Numbered from the stretch's first letter, positions 17,988-29,302 are shown. The stretch is 64,000 nt of DNA from an uncultured Armatimonadia bacterium (GCA_963749155.1 CAVVLO010000002.1:448001-512000); one strand, 5' to 3'. Made by a program: numbers and translations. The notes: generated by a model from the sequence alone, not told the origin.

Positions 17988-20327
17988 CTATTTCGCACGG
18001 ATACGCACATAATCCCACTGGGTACGAGAATCGCCGTAGCCGTAGAGCATCACGCGGAAGGCTCCCGAGAGGGCCGGCTCGCGGACGCTCCACTTGCGTT
18101 CTCCGTTGGCCACCAGCGTATACTCGCAGCCGACTTTCTCGATGCGGTAAACCAGGTCGCTGCCATCGGCCTCGAGCGGCGCCCAGGGACCAGACTGGCC
18201 AACGCCGTTCGAGATGCGCCACTCCCACACGCCGCCCTGTGCCCAGCCGAATTCGAGCCGTGACTCGCCCTGAAATCCCGAGGGACTTACATAATGCTTC
18301 AGCGCGCCTGGCACGAGCAGCCAGTCCCAAACCGGCTCGCGGGGGAAGGCCTCCTCCAGCAGCAGGTTAACGATGAGGTTGCCTGACAGGCACCGCCCGC
18401 GCACCTCGATCACCGCGACATCCGCCTGGATGGCCTCTGCCATCGCAAGCCCCGCGCGCGAGTCAGGCTCGCCTTCGATCTCCAGCCAGCCCTCGGGTGT
18501 CAGACTCCACTTCGCCCCAGCAGCGGTTCCTTGCCAGCGCTTCCACCTGGCGGGGTCGAGGGTGGAAAAGTCTTCCTCGAAGACGACCGGCAGCGAATCG
18601 AAGTCGTGCTGGATGCGCTGCATCGGCAAGAGGGCCGGCTGCGAAGCCTCTCCAGCAGCTTCGATGCTTATTCCAGTCAGCCGCGCTTCTCCAACCGGGG
18701 AGGAGCCTGCTTTCATCCGAAATCCCACATAGCAAGGCCCAGTGGGCGCGGTCAGGTCGAAGGTATACTCCTTCTCCCCTTGAGCAAGCCTTTGCGAACC
18801 GCAAGGCGCGCCCGTCGCGAAGGCCTCAATCGTGCCATCACTGGAGCCACTGCAACTGGCAGTCGCCACAAGGCGATAACGTTGACCGGCTGGCAGTTCT
18901 ACGAGAGCGAGCAACTCGGCTTCAGGACTGATTTGGCCCTCTCCCCCCGCCACCAGCGCGCCGGACTCGAGCCTTCCGCTGCGCATCAAGACGCCGGGTG
19001 AGGTCGGTGTCAGTTTACAGGGCGCGGTGAAGGGACACTCCACTGGCTGCTTGTAGGTGATGCCGGGCGCCCTGTTGGCTTCCCCCGTTGTAGGCCTTAC
19101 TTCCACATTGGTGGAGCGATAACCGAACCCGTCCAGCGCCCATGCCAGGTCGGCGCGCGCCTGCGCCTTCCCGAGTAGCGCGAGGTGCAGGAAGAAGGGC
19201 CGTAGCGTCCCGGCGTGGTCGGTCAGCAGCGAGCCGGAGCCGGGCCGGTAGGTCTGCCAGATATAGCCTGCGCAGCCGGCGGAGCGCTGGGCGAGGTCGG
19301 CGCCGAAGACGGCCTGCTCCGCGATGGTGGCGCCATCGCCGCAGACATAGCCCAGGTCGCCTGGATCGGTGTCCTGGACGAACCACTCCGAGATGACCAC
19401 CGGCAACCCTGTCGCGCGGTGGCCGGCTTCCATCAGGTCAAAATACGCGGTGTCATAGGCGCCGGGATAAATATTGATACCGAGGAAGTCCAGCCCCTCC
19501 TTCGGCGCATAGCTCCAGTCGGCAAGCAGCCCGGGGAAGAGACGCATCCCAAGCAGCGGCTGTGTGATACCCGCCTGGTCCCGGATGATACCTGAGGCGA
19601 TGCGTCCCCAGTCCTGCAGCCACTTGCGGACGAAAGCGTCCAGGCCTGCTTTGGCGCCAGCGTTGAGGTTGTCGTCCTCGAAGTCGGCAAATAGCTCTGT
19701 TAACATATCGCGCTCGAAAGCATCCCAGGTGGAGAAGCTGTAGTTATAACTACCTCCTTCACTCCACGCCGTGTTGAGGGCCGCGAGGGTCTGATACTGC
19801 TCTTCAGCAAACCGGCGCCCTTCGGCCAGGGTCGAGGGGGTATTGAGACAAAAATCAGGGCCTGTCCACGCGGCATAACTGTGGTAGACCTCAGGTTCGT
19901 TGTTCAACCACAGGATGGCGACGTTGGAGAAGTCTCCCCCAAGCCGCTGCTTCAGGTCCAGCAGGCTGGCGAGAAAGGCCTGCTGCCACTCGGGATTGTA
20001 AAAATCCGGCACCCGCGCTGGCCCAGGCCCCGGCCAGTCGTAGTGGTCCGAGCTGGCCGATCCATCATAAAATCGCGCGGGAATATCAATTGCCGGGACG
20101 AAGACGGCGACCTCCAAGCCGTATCGCCTGGCTGCCAGCACACACCGCGCGACCTCCTCAGGGCGGTTGGGCCACCAGTGCACGCAGTTGAAGCCCAGGT
20201 ATTTCGCCACCGGCAGCAAGTCGAGTTGTCCGAGTTCGAGTGTCACGCCCTGAAAAGGAACGGCGGCAACAGGCCAGGCGAGTCCCAGTGCCAGGCAAAC
20301 GCAAAGGATTCCCAATACCAGTCTCAT
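17988..20327 (-). CDS. Secreted clan GH-A-like glycoside hydrolase with C-terminal beta-sandwich domains
   Basis: Signal peptide. Motifs LGFN, WLNNEP (acid/base), YQTLAALNTAW and VISEW (nucleophile). Confidence 0.65.
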   Translation of the reverse strand: MRLVLGILCVCLALGLAWPVAAVPFQGVTLELGQLDLLPVAKYLGFNCVHWWPNRPEEVARCVLAARRYGLEVAVFVPAIDIPARFYDGSASSDHYDWPGPGPARVPDFYNPEWQQAFLASLLDLKQRLGGDFSNVAILWLNNEPEVYHSYAAWTGPDFCLNTPSTLAEGRRFAEEQYQTLAALNTAWSEGGSYNYSFSTWDAFERDMLTELFADFEDDNLNAGAKAGLDAFVRKWLQDWGRIASGIIRDQAGITQPLLGMRLFPGLLADWSYAPKEGLDFLGINIYPGAYDTAYFDLMEAGHRATGLPVVISEWFVQDTDPGDLGYVCGDGATIAEQAVFGADLAQRSAGCAGYIWQTYRPGSGSLLTDHAGTLRPFFLHLALLGKAQARADLAWALDGFGYRSTNVEVRPTTGEANRAPGITYKQPVECPFTAPCKLTPTSPGVLMRSGRLESGALVAGGEGQISPEAELLALVELPAGQRYRLVATASCSGSSDGTIEAFATGAPCGSQRLAQGEKEYTFDLTAPTGPCYVGFRMKAGSSPVGEARLTGISIEAAGEASQPALLPMQRIQHDFDSLPVVFEEDFSTLDPARWKRWQGTAAGAKWSLTPEGWLEIEGEPDSRAGLAMAEAIQADVAVIEVRGRCLSGNLIVNLLLEEAFPREPVWDWLLVPGALKHYVSPSGFQGESRLEFGWAQGGVWEWRISNGVGQSGPWAPLEADGSDLVYRIEKVGCEYTLVANGERKWSVREPALSGAFRVMLYGYGDSRTQWDYVRIRAK

Positions 20328-20359
20328 CGGCTTCTCCTCTCGAACAAGCTGAAATCTAG

Positions 20360-20419
20360 TTCGACTTATCGTGCTCCAGGCCTTGCTTCCCTCGCAGGGA
20401 AGCTCAAGCCGAAGGCGAA
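20360..20419. promoter_or_regulatory. Divergent sigma-H-like promoter pair
   Basis: Plus strand GCAGG-N17-CGAAT (from 20394) and minus strand GCAAGG-N17-CGAA (20386-20360). Confidence 0.65.
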
Positions 20420-20431
20420 TTTCGTTTTCCT

Positions 20432-22543
20432 ATGAGAACGTTTGTACTGATGCTTATGGTGCTAGTGCCTCTTCTCCATCGCAATGGAAGCTCCGAGCCG
20501 CTTATCGAGTGGCAAGAACCGCCCCTGCCTTCAGGTGGGGCACGGGGCGCCTGCGCGCTGGCCGACGGCACGGTGCTGGATGCCCGTCCAGAGCACCTGG
20601 AGGGCGGCACCTCACTGGTCTGCTATTCTACCGCTGACCTTGGCGCCACCTGGCAACGACTGGGCGTCATCGCGAGGACTGACGACCCCCAGGGCGACCT
20701 CGGAGACCTCTGCCTGCTGGCCTTGAGAGACGGCCGGGTGCTCTGCAGCTACCGCGACAACCACTACCGGGGCGAAGCTGAGAAGGCGCCGAGTTATGCA
20801 ATCCGCATCGCCGAGAGCGCCGATCACGGGCAGACCTGGCAGCCGCACTCGACTGTGATGGAAGTAAGCCCCCCTCCGGGAATCTTCAGTCAGGGGCTTT
20901 GGTCGTCCTTCCTGCTGGAGACCGACTCCGGCGCCTTGCAATGTTACTATGATGACGAGTATACCCCCACCGCGCAGGGCTTCCCTGGCCATCAGTGGCT
21001 AGAGCTGAAAACCTGGGAGGCCGAGGCCGGGACCTGGGGCAACCAGGTCACCGTCAGCCGCGCCCACGACCCCGCGCTGCTCTCGCGCGATGGCGTGGCA
21101 AGCGTCGTCGAGCTCTATCCCAGGCAACTCGTCTGCGTGCTGGAAAGTGTAAATCCCGACCTGCCGCGCAAGGGTGTTATCCGGGCCGTAACCTCAAGTG
21201 ATGGTGGCGCCACCTGGAGCTGGCAGCAGAGTGAGCGACCAATTGTTTATGCCCCGCGGGATGCCAACTATGCGGCCTTCGTGCCCTGGCTGACGAGACT
21301 TGCGGACGGCACGCTCCTCTGCACCTTCGTGACCGATGAGGACAACGGCCAGCCGGTGCCGTCAGGCTCGCGAGCGCGCGACCATCAACTGGACGTGAAG
21401 TACGTCACCAGCACCGACAACGGCACCACCTGGTCGCCTGAGGCCGCGATCGCTGACAACTCGACTCACCAGGCTTACATCCCCTCGCTGCTTGCTTTCG
21501 GAGAGGGCACCCGCCAGCAGTTGCTGCTACTTTGGGTAGACTTCAAGCTTGGCCTCGTATGCAAGCGCGGCGCGGTGGAGGTCCCGGTCTTCCATAATGT
21601 ACCGCCTGTAAATCCTGCCTATCCACCCGTCCCGCCCGAGGAGCGTCTGGTCGGCCTTGCCTATAGCACCTGGTTCCGAAGCGCTGACTGGCATAACGTC
21701 TGGGGGACGCCCGAGCTTGGCTACTATGCCTCCGACGACCGCGCCGTAATCCGCAAGCACGCCGAGTGGATCGCCGATGCGGGCGTGGATTTCATCTGGG
21801 TAGACTGGTCCAACAATGTGAATTATATATATGGCGAAACCCAGGGCCGGCCGGACTTCGATATGATCGAGAACTCAACGATTGCAATCTTCGAGGAGTT
21901 CTCCAGCCTGGCCAGGCACCCGAAGATTAGCATCTTCATTGGGTGCCCCGGCGAGCCAGAGGCCCTGACCGACGGGCGGCTGCAGCGCAAGGCCGACCAG
22001 GTGTATGACCAGTTCATCGCCAACCCACGGTTTGCCCCGCTGTATCAGACCTACCTGGGCAAGCCGCTGCTGGTCGTGTATCTCGGCACCCCGACATCCT
22101 TCCAGACCGGCGTCCCCGAGTGGAGGGATGAGCGCTTTACCGTACGTTATATGACAGGTTTCATCACCCAGCAGGGCAATCTGCGTAACGCGGACCTGGT
22201 AGGCAAGTATGGCTACTGGTCCTGGGAGGACCGCGATGCGCCAAGTTATGCAGTATATGAAGGCCAGCCCGAGGAGATGACCCTCGTTGCCGCCTGGCGG
22301 CCTGAGCCGACCGTCAGACCCGCCACCCGCAGAGGGGGCGAGACCTTCCGTGCCCAGTGGGAGCGCGCCCGCCTTGTCGGCCCCAGGTTCGCGATGGTAG
22401 TGTCGTGGAACGAGTGGACATGCGGCGAACAGCCCAGCGTCGAACTCAGCAAGGATCTCGAGCCTTCTCTCGAGTGGGGCCATCTCTACCTTGACCTGCT
22501 TAAGGAAGAAATTGCCAAGTTCAAGCAACCTCTTGCCAAGTGA
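20432..22543 (+). CDS. BNR/sialidase-like beta-propeller fused to a GH99-like TIM barrel
   Basis: Four Asp-box repeats (TADLGATW, SADHGQTW, SSDGGATW, STDNGTTW), then GYYASDD, RKHAEWIADAGVDFIWVDWSN and VSWNEW. Confidence 0.75.
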   Translation: MRTFVLMLMVLVPLLHRNGSSEPLIEWQEPPLPSGGARGACALADGTVLDARPEHLEGGTSLVCYSTADLGATWQRLGVIARTDDPQGDLGDLCLLALRDGRVLCSYRDNHYRGEAEKAPSYAIRIAESADHGQTWQPHSTVMEVSPPPGIFSQGLWSSFLLETDSGALQCYYDDEYTPTAQGFPGHQWLELKTWEAEAGTWGNQVTVSRAHDPALLSRDGVASVVELYPRQLVCVLESVNPDLPRKGVIRAVTSSDGGATWSWQQSERPIVYAPRDANYAAFVPWLTRLADGTLLCTFVTDEDNGQPVPSGSRARDHQLDVKYVTSTDNGTTWSPEAAIADNSTHQAYIPSLLAFGEGTRQQLLLLWVDFKLGLVCKRGAVEVPVFHNVPPVNPAYPPVPPEERLVGLAYSTWFRSADWHNVWGTPELGYYASDDRAVIRKHAEWIADAGVDFIWVDWSNNVNYIYGETQGRPDFDMIENSTIAIFEEFSSLARHPKISIFIGCPGEPEALTDGRLQRKADQVYDQFIANPRFAPLYQTYLGKPLLVVYLGTPTSFQTGVPEWRDERFTVRYMTGFITQQGNLRNADLVGKYGYWSWEDRDAPSYAVYEGQPEEMTLVAAWRPEPTVRPATRRGGETFRAQWERARLVGPRFAMVVSWNEWTCGEQPSVELSKDLEPSLEWGHLYLDLLKEEIAKFKQPLAK

Positions 22544-22550
22544 GAAATAT

Positions 22551-23204
22551 ATGCCCGCCAGGCCTGTCTGGGCGCCAAAAGTGTCACGCGAAAAGCTTCG
22601 CCTGCTTTACGAGTCGGAAGCAGAGGGCAGGCTTGATGATGGCCTGCTTGATGATGTCTATGTGACACTCTACCTGCGCTGCCAGAGCATCTTGCAGGTG
22701 ACCGAGGCAGCCGAAGGGCATGTTACCTGTCCCGAATGTGGAGAGCGGTTCGAACGCACCGAACGTAAATATGGCAAGCAGCGGCGCGATGAACTGCTGA
22801 CCTGCCCGGGTTGTGGGTGGCAGACCGACTGGGAGACGTTTCACCGCAGTTATGAGGGCAAGCAGCTTGTCGGCGCGAACGCCTTGCCAGCGGTTGCAGT
22901 CTTTGTGGAGGGATTCGAGAAGGTACGTAAGCCTGAGCAGCGGCTACTGGCGATAGACAGGCTGGTGCACGCCTTCCACAACCAGCTGCGCGAGCAGCCG
23001 AACAGGCCGCTCGCAGTGAACCTGATCGAGGGCAGCCTGCAGCAGGTCGTGGCACTGATTTTGGGGCTTGCTTATGGAGGAACGACCGCGACCGAACGCG
23101 GCGAGGACGACTGGCGCGAGCGCCTTCGCGCTTCCTGTGTGGCGCGCCAGGTGGAAGAGCTAAACGACAAGGAAGAATCCGGGGCACAGCCCCGCAAGGA
23201 GTGA
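22551..23204 (+). CDS. Hypothetical zinc-ribbon protein
   Basis: ATG 22551 just after the upstream stop. CPECG and CPGCG pairs. Confidence 0.65.
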   Translation: MPARPVWAPKVSREKLRLLYESEAEGRLDDGLLDDVYVTLYLRCQSILQVTEAAEGHVTCPECGERFERTERKYGKQRRDELLTCPGCGWQTDWETFHRSYEGKQLVGANALPAVAVFVEGFEKVRKPEQRLLAIDRLVHAFHNQLREQPNRPLAVNLIEGSLQQVVALILGLAYGGTTATERGEDDWRERLRASCVARQVEELNDKEESGAQPRKE

Positions 23205-23208
23205 CAAG

Positions 23209-25744
23209 ATGAGCAAGGACCCCGAGCGCAAGGCGCTCTATATCGTGCCTCATACCCACTGGGAGGGGGCGGTATTCCAGACCCGCGAGCAGTATCTGGG
23301 CATCGGCCTGCCCATCATCCTGCAGGCGCTGGCGGCGCTGAAGGAGCATCCCACCTTTCGCTTCGCACTGGACCAGATGTGCTATGTCAAGCCCTTCCTC
23401 GAGCGCTATCCAGAGCACATGCGCCACCTTCCGCCAACTTGTTGAAGAAGGTCGGCTGGGGCTGGTCGGCGGCACTGACACGATGCTTGACGTGAATATG
23501 CCGGGCGGGGAGTCCTTCGCGCGTCAGGCGCTCTTCGGCAAGCGGTTCTTCCGCGACAAATTGGGCGTGGACATCAAGATTGGCTGGCAGCTCGATACCT
23601 TCGGCCACAACGCCCAGATGCCTCAGCTCCTCAAGCAAGCAGGCTTCGAGCACTTCTGGTTCTTCCGCGGTGTGCCAGGCTGGGAGACCACCACCGAGTT
23701 GCTGTGGGAGGGCCTCGACGGCACTCAGATAAAGGCCAACTGGCTGGCCCAGGGCTATGCGATTGGCTACGGGGCGCCTCACACTCTGGAAGAGTTCATC
23801 AAGTTCGTCGACGCGCGCGAGGACTTGCTCTCCCAGAATACTCGCAGCAATTTCTTGCTGGCCGCGGCGGGCGCTGACGTGTGCGAGCCCGAGCCTCATC
23901 TGGCTGACCTGGTCGCCCAGTATAACGCCCGGCCCGATCGCAGGATGGACGTCTATCTCGTCACGCCGCAAGAGTTCGAGACCCTGACGGCCGACGTCGA
24001 ACGCGAAGTGCTGAAGGGCGAGCTCAATCCTGTCTTCCAGGGCATCTACAGCAGTCGCATCCGCCTGAAGCAGTGGACGCGCGCACTGGAACAGACCTTG
24101 CTGACAGGCGAGAAGCTTGGTGTGCTGCTGGATGTTGCAGGCCTCCACACCTGCGATGCGCCACTGGAAGCCGCCTGGGAGCCGATGCTTTTCAACCAGG
24201 CCCATGACCTGATGTCCGGCGTGATGACCGACCAGGTTTGGGAGGACGCAATCCGGGCTTTCGACTTTGGCAAACAGGTCGCAGGTGAGCAGCTCGCTGA
24301 CCGACTAAGGGCTTACTGCGACAAGGTAGACACCAGGGGCGAAGGCACGCCAGTCGTGGTTTTTAACGCCCTCTCCTGGGCCCGCACCGACATCGTTCGG
24401 GCCAGGGTTGGCTTCAGCCAGACCGGCTATCAGGGAGTGAAGGTGCTGGATCCGGATGGCGAAGAGCTGCCGGCACAGATTGTCTCGGTGCGCAGGCATC
24501 TGGACGGGTCACTGCTGGAGGTCGAGGTCGCCTTCCTGGCCAAGGATGTACCGGCACTCGGCCATAGCCTCTACCGCATCTTGCCCACCCTTGAGCCAGT
24601 GGGCCTGGGCAAGACGACCGATAACCTCGCCGATGCGGTGCTTGAGAATACGCTCCTGCGCGCCGAGGTGGCCGCAGGCGCCCTGCGCAGCCTCAAGCTC
24701 AAGAGCTCGGATTGGGAGGCTCTCTCGGGACCTGCCAACGTTATCATCAAGGAGGACGACCACGGCGATCTGTGGGAGCCTTACAAGCCTCTTGACGGCG
24801 GCAGTCGCATCGCGATGACGGAGCAGCATCCTGCTCCCCCGCGCGCCACTTCTACCTACAGCGACGAGAGCCCACTGGAAGGCGTCCAGCTCACCACGGG
24901 GCCAGTTTTCACCGAATTCTCCTTCGAACAACCTTTTGGGCAGGAGGAGCGCCTCAAGCTCACCTTGCGCCTCTTCGAGGGTCTGCCGCGCCTTGAGTGC
25001 CACACCGAACTGCTGAACAACAGCAAATTCGTGCGGTATCGGGCCAGCTTCCCCACCTCGATTACGGCTGGGACGAACACGCAGGAGATCCCCTACGGGG
25101 CCATTGAACGGCCGGTGGGCGTCGAGTATCCCGCCCAGAACTGGCTCGACTGGAGCGATGAGAGCCATGGCGTGGCGTTGCTCAACCGAGGCTTGCCAGG
25201 CAACAATGTCGCGGACGGCAACCTGCTGCTCTCACTCGCTCGCACGACCGCCATCGTGGCCTACGGGTTTGGTGGCGGTTACGAACCGGGGATGAGCTCC
25301 GATTCCGGCTTTGAACTCGGTCAGCAACTGGCTTTCGACTACGCGCTGGCGCCGCACGAGGGCGACTGGCGCGAAGCGCAGCTCTGGCGGCAGGGGCTGG
25401 AGTTCAACACCCCGCTGATCGCCCTGACCGCGGCCGTCCACGAGGGGCCGCTGCCCGCCGTGTGGGGCCTGCTCAAGATCAGCGCTGCCAACGTGGTGGT
25501 CTCGAGCCTCAAGCGCAGCCAGGAGAACGACTTCGTCTTGCGCCTCTATGAGGCCGCCGGTCAGCCCGCCGAGCAGGTGGAAATCAGTCTGCCCCACGGC
25601 ATATATCGCGCCTTCGAGAGCAACCTGATAGAAGATTGCGGGGCTGCGTTGCATGTCGAGGGCGGCAAGCTCACCCTCAGCCTGCGCCCCTTCGAAGTAA
25701 AGACCATCCGGCTTGCTCAGCCCAGGGAGGATCGCTCAGAATGA
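23209..25744 (+). CDS. GH38 alpha-mannosidase (one +1 frameshift near 23420)
   Basis: YIVPHTHWE in the first frame. GWQLDTFGH, WEGLDG, FNQAHD and LRPFEVKT in the second. Confidence 0.85.
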
Positions 25745-26691
25745 CTGGTCATCGCACCGACTGGTTCTACGCCGCCCGCTGGGGCCTTGCTACCCATTAC
25801 CTTGGCGCGCCAGATCAATCTGCCGAGTCCTGGCAGGCGCAGGTGGACGCCTTCGACGTGGTGGGCCTTGCCGCCCAGGTCGCCTCGACTGGCGCGGGTT
25901 ATCTGCTGTTCACACTGGGGCAAAATTCCGGCCATTACTGCTCGCCTAACACGAAGTATGACGAGTTCACGGGTATTGCTCCGAGCAAGCTCTCGCGCCG
26001 CGACCTCCTCCTGGAACTTGCCGATGCGCTGGCGCCGCATGGAGTGGCGCTGATGGCCTATCTGCCAAGCGGGGGCCCGGCTTTTGACCTCGTTGCTGAC
26101 GAGAAGCTGGGGTGGGACTGGGGCTATGAGGGCGGATATGGCAGTGGAGGCCAGCTCACTCATAAGCGCCTTGCGGACTTCCAGCGCAAGTGGGAAGCCG
26201 TAATCCGCGAATGGTCCGAGCGCTGGGGCAGCAAGGTGCGCGGCTGGTGGTTCGATGGGTGCTATTTCGCCGACGATATGTACCAGTTTGAAGATGAACC
26301 GAACTTCGCAAGCTTTGCCGCGGCAGCAAGAAGTGGTAATCCTGACGCCATCGTGGCCTTCAATCCCGGCATCGAGGTGACGGCTTTCACCCCGGAGGAA
26401 GACTATACGGCCGGCGAGACCGCCGATCCGGGCCTGATTCAACCTGCCGGTCGCTTCCTTGAGGGAGAGCAGCTTCAAGTCTGGAGCTACCTCGGCCAGT
26501 CCTGGTGCCAGCCTCCGCTGCGCTTCAGTGATGAAGAAGCCATCGCCCACACCCAGCGGTTGCTTGCGGGCGGGGCCGTCGTGACGTGGGATGTGCCTAT
26601 CAAGCCTTCGGGCCTGCTGGATGAAGCCGCCCTCGCGCAACTTCAGAGCGCTTGGCAAGGCACTTGGGCCGGGGCCAAGAGACTTAACTAA
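25741..26691 (+). CDS. GH29-like (alpha-L-fucosidase-fold) TIM-barrel protein
   Basis: ATGA overlap with the GH38 stop. Motifs WF..ARWG..THY, GAGYL, RDL..ELADAL and GWWFDG. Confidence 0.7.
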   Translation: MTGHRTDWFYAARWGLATHYLGAPDQSAESWQAQVDAFDVVGLAAQVASTGAGYLLFTLGQNSGHYCSPNTKYDEFTGIAPSKLSRRDLLLELADALAPHGVALMAYLPSGGPAFDLVADEKLGWDWGYEGGYGSGGQLTHKRLADFQRKWEAVIREWSERWGSKVRGWWFDGCYFADDMYQFEDEPNFASFAAAARSGNPDAIVAFNPGIEVTAFTPEEDYTAGETADPGLIQPAGRFLEGEQLQVWSYLGQSWCQPPLRFSDEEAIAHTQRLLAGGAVVTWDVPIKPSGLLDEAALAQLQSAWQGTWAGAKRLN

Positions 26692-27890
26692 GGCGCTAGC
26701 GCCTCGCCACTGAGACTCCTGACGAAGCCCGCGGCTGCCTGGCAGTATTCGGCGGTCGTGGGCTGGCGTCCACTAGCGGCTTCAAATTCTTCCCGATATC
26801 GCTTGGCAAACCGGTATATGCGCTGGTGTGTCCTGTAGACTGGCTGCTTGACCCCTTTGTCATCTATCAGCCAGAAACCGCGCTGCTTGCCGTCGGGGGC
26901 TACTTCGTTGTTGAAAAGCTCCCAGTACAGGATGAAGGGACAGCCCCACTCGAGCCCTGCCTGCATCAGGCGCCTGGCCTCCCTGTCCTGCTGCTCGGGG
27001 GTATGCGACTGCGCCGGGAAGCCATACTCGCCGATGAAGACGCGCTTGCCCTCGATACCTGGCTTCGGCTTCAGCCGCGCCTCGATATAGTCGAGAGCCC
27101 GCTTCAGCAGCGTCGAATCGCCTTGGGTGTCATAGCTGGAATAGGAGACAAAATCCGGATTGGTCTTCGGCAGCACGTCGCGCGCCAGGCACTGCTTGTC
27201 CTCCAGGCCGTTCTTCACCAGGTTGACTTCAGCGTAGCACCAGACCTCGACCTCGTGGTGCTTCACGGCGGCCTTGGCATCATCTACCGCCTGCTGGCGC
27301 AGGTTGGTCCAGTCCACCATCCACTGCAGCCGCTCCTCGGAGATCTCACTGCTTGGGTCGTAGGTGGGGCGCAGGTGCCAGTCGCCCTCCCAGTGGCCAA
27401 GGAAGAAGGTCTTCCCCGTCCCACTGTAAGTCTTCAGCAAGTACTCGACCAGGTCTCTGGTCTCGGTATACTCCTTCTGCCAGTCGTCCTCAGCGACAGG
27501 CTTGCCCATCGGCGAGAGGTTGAAAGGGTAGACCCAGATTATGTAATAAGCGAAGGGCAGCTCCAGCACGGCCCGGTGCGTCGGCTCGAACTGCACCAGG
27601 TCCCGCAGACTGTGCACGCGCGGGTCACCCTCGCGGACGTTCTGTCCCTTGTCGCCGAAGTAGTGGTCATCCAGCTTGAATTTGATGACGTTGGAACCCA
27701 TCGCCAGGATGGCCTTGGCCGTCTCCAGCAGTGGCGGGTCCTCAGTAAACTGGTACGAGGGACTGAAGGTCTGTGTGCCCACCACAGAGTTAAAAGTATC
27801 CAAAACAGGCTCCGGCAAACTTTCGGTCAGTCCTGGCTTTGCCAAGGTCAACGCTAGCACTGCCACCAACATAAGAAGTACTTCTCGCAT
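26688..27890 (-). CDS. Secreted uncharacterised clan GH-A-like hydrolase
   Basis: Signal peptide. Motifs MGSNVIK, LGHWEGDW, SYSSYD and FIGEYG. Confidence 0.6.
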   Translation of the reverse strand: MREVLLMLVAVLALTLAKPGLTESLPEPVLDTFNSVVGTQTFSPSYQFTEDPPLLETAKAILAMGSNVIKFKLDDHYFGDKGQNVREGDPRVHSLRDLVQFEPTHRAVLELPFAYYIIWVYPFNLSPMGKPVAEDDWQKEYTETRDLVEYLLKTYSGTGKTFFLGHWEGDWHLRPTYDPSSEISEERLQWMVDWTNLRQQAVDDAKAAVKHHEVEVWCYAEVNLVKNGLEDKQCLARDVLPKTNPDFVSYSSYDTQGDSTLLKRALDYIEARLKPKPGIEGKRVFIGEYGFPAQSHTPEQQDREARRLMQAGLEWGCPFILYWELFNNEVAPDGKQRGFWLIDDKGVKQPVYRTHQRIYRFAKRYREEFEAASGRQPTTAEYCQAAAGFVRSLSGEALAP

Positions 27891-27898
27891 AAGGCCCC

Positions 27899-29300
27899 CT
27901 AATCAATCTTGACGCGCCCAAGCGGGTAGCGCAGCCCCTTGCCGCCCGCAAGCGGCAGCGCGAGCCTTGGCGTGCCGTCCGGCAGTCCTACCGAGACGCA
28001 CAGCGTATACTCGCCGGGGGTCAGTTCGGGCAGCAGGGGGAAGGTACGTTCGCGCTCCACCACCGGCGCCTCGCCCTTCGGCCGAACTTCGAGGCCCCGC
28101 ATGTTCAAAGCCCTCATCTGCCAGCACCGCGCGCACCCGGCCTTCCTCGTCCAGCAGTGTCCAGCAGGGCGTGCCGCCTGGCAAGCACGGTGCTACTCCG
28201 CCGTTACGCCACTTCGCCCTGAGGGCAAGACCCCCCTCGCGGCTTGCGGTCTCCGGCCACGACGCCTCTACCAGTTGAAGCCGATAGCCGACGCGCTGGT
28301 TCATCCGGCGGATGAGGTCGCCATTCTCCGCGAGGAAATCGTGCGGGTTGGCGTGGATGGACAGGAAGCTTGCGTGATAGTCTTCCATCGCCTGCTCGTA
28401 CCGGCTGCCATCGCCCCAGGCGCCGACCTGCTTGGCATAATCGTAATGGCCCATCTCGATCGCCACCAGCCGGTCGCGCCAGAACAGGTCGGCCAGGTCA
28501 GCCGAATAGGCCTGCTTTGGGTCAGGATAGACGCAGATGGAATCATCCCTGAAGCCAAGCCCCAACTCACGCGACAGGCGCATTGCCAGGTCGTCAGGCT
28601 GCCCCTCTTCCCGGAACCAGTAGGCCCAGTCGTCCCCTGCCAGCAGCGGCGCGCGCTTGAAAGCCGCCTGGTGCAGTTCGATGTGTCGCCTCAGTGTTGC
28701 CAGCGTGTAGCGTTTGGCGACGGGATGGCCCTCTCCCCAGATGCCCAGAGTGCCGACATCGACGAAAGCGAGGTCAGGATTTGCCCCATACCGAGTTCCC
28801 GCAGCGTCGAGGAAAGCCGCGAGCTTCATAAGGAAGAGCGGATCGTCGTAGTCAGGCTCCCAACAGGGCGTGTCGTTCTCGTAAGGATCGACCATATAGC
28901 CCTTCGCCCCAGCCTCGCGCACCCAGTCGGGCGTCCCCTCGCCAGGCAATCCCTCGAAGACTGTCAGCCGCAGGGCGAACTGCTTGCCCGCAGCCGCATA
29001 ACGCTGGATGACCGTATCGAGGATGCTCCAGTTGAATTGCCCTTCTGCCGGCTCGAGATGACTCCAGGCCAGGCGCAAGTAGACGCAAGAGAGGCCCGGG
29101 AACTCGCTGCCATCATAATCCGGGCCAAGCGGTGGGCCATAGCCGCCAATAGAGTTGTCATAATGGTGGAAGCACCAGCCCATCCCCGGATTCACCAGCG
29201 CTTCACCTGTATCTTCCGGCTGCACGGTCACCCAGCCTTCCGGCTCTGCCACCGCCAGCCAGCAAAGCAGCGCAACCAATCCAAGCACCAGCCCCAACAC
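27899..29300 (-). CDS. Secreted DUF4832 / beta-galactosidase-like hydrolase (+1 frameshift near 28105)
   Basis: RBS AGGAG then GTG 29300. Motifs LVNPGMGW, YLRLAWS.LEP.EG.FNW, GIWGEGH and RVGYR. The C-terminus continues in ORF 28117-27899. Confidence 0.75.
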
Positions 29301-29302
29301 TC

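Noticed and set aside
23400..28120. Shared ACATGCG context at two frameshifts, suggesting a methylation or recoding signal
   Set aside because: It is absent at the other frameshift sites I inspected, and two cases are compatible with chance.
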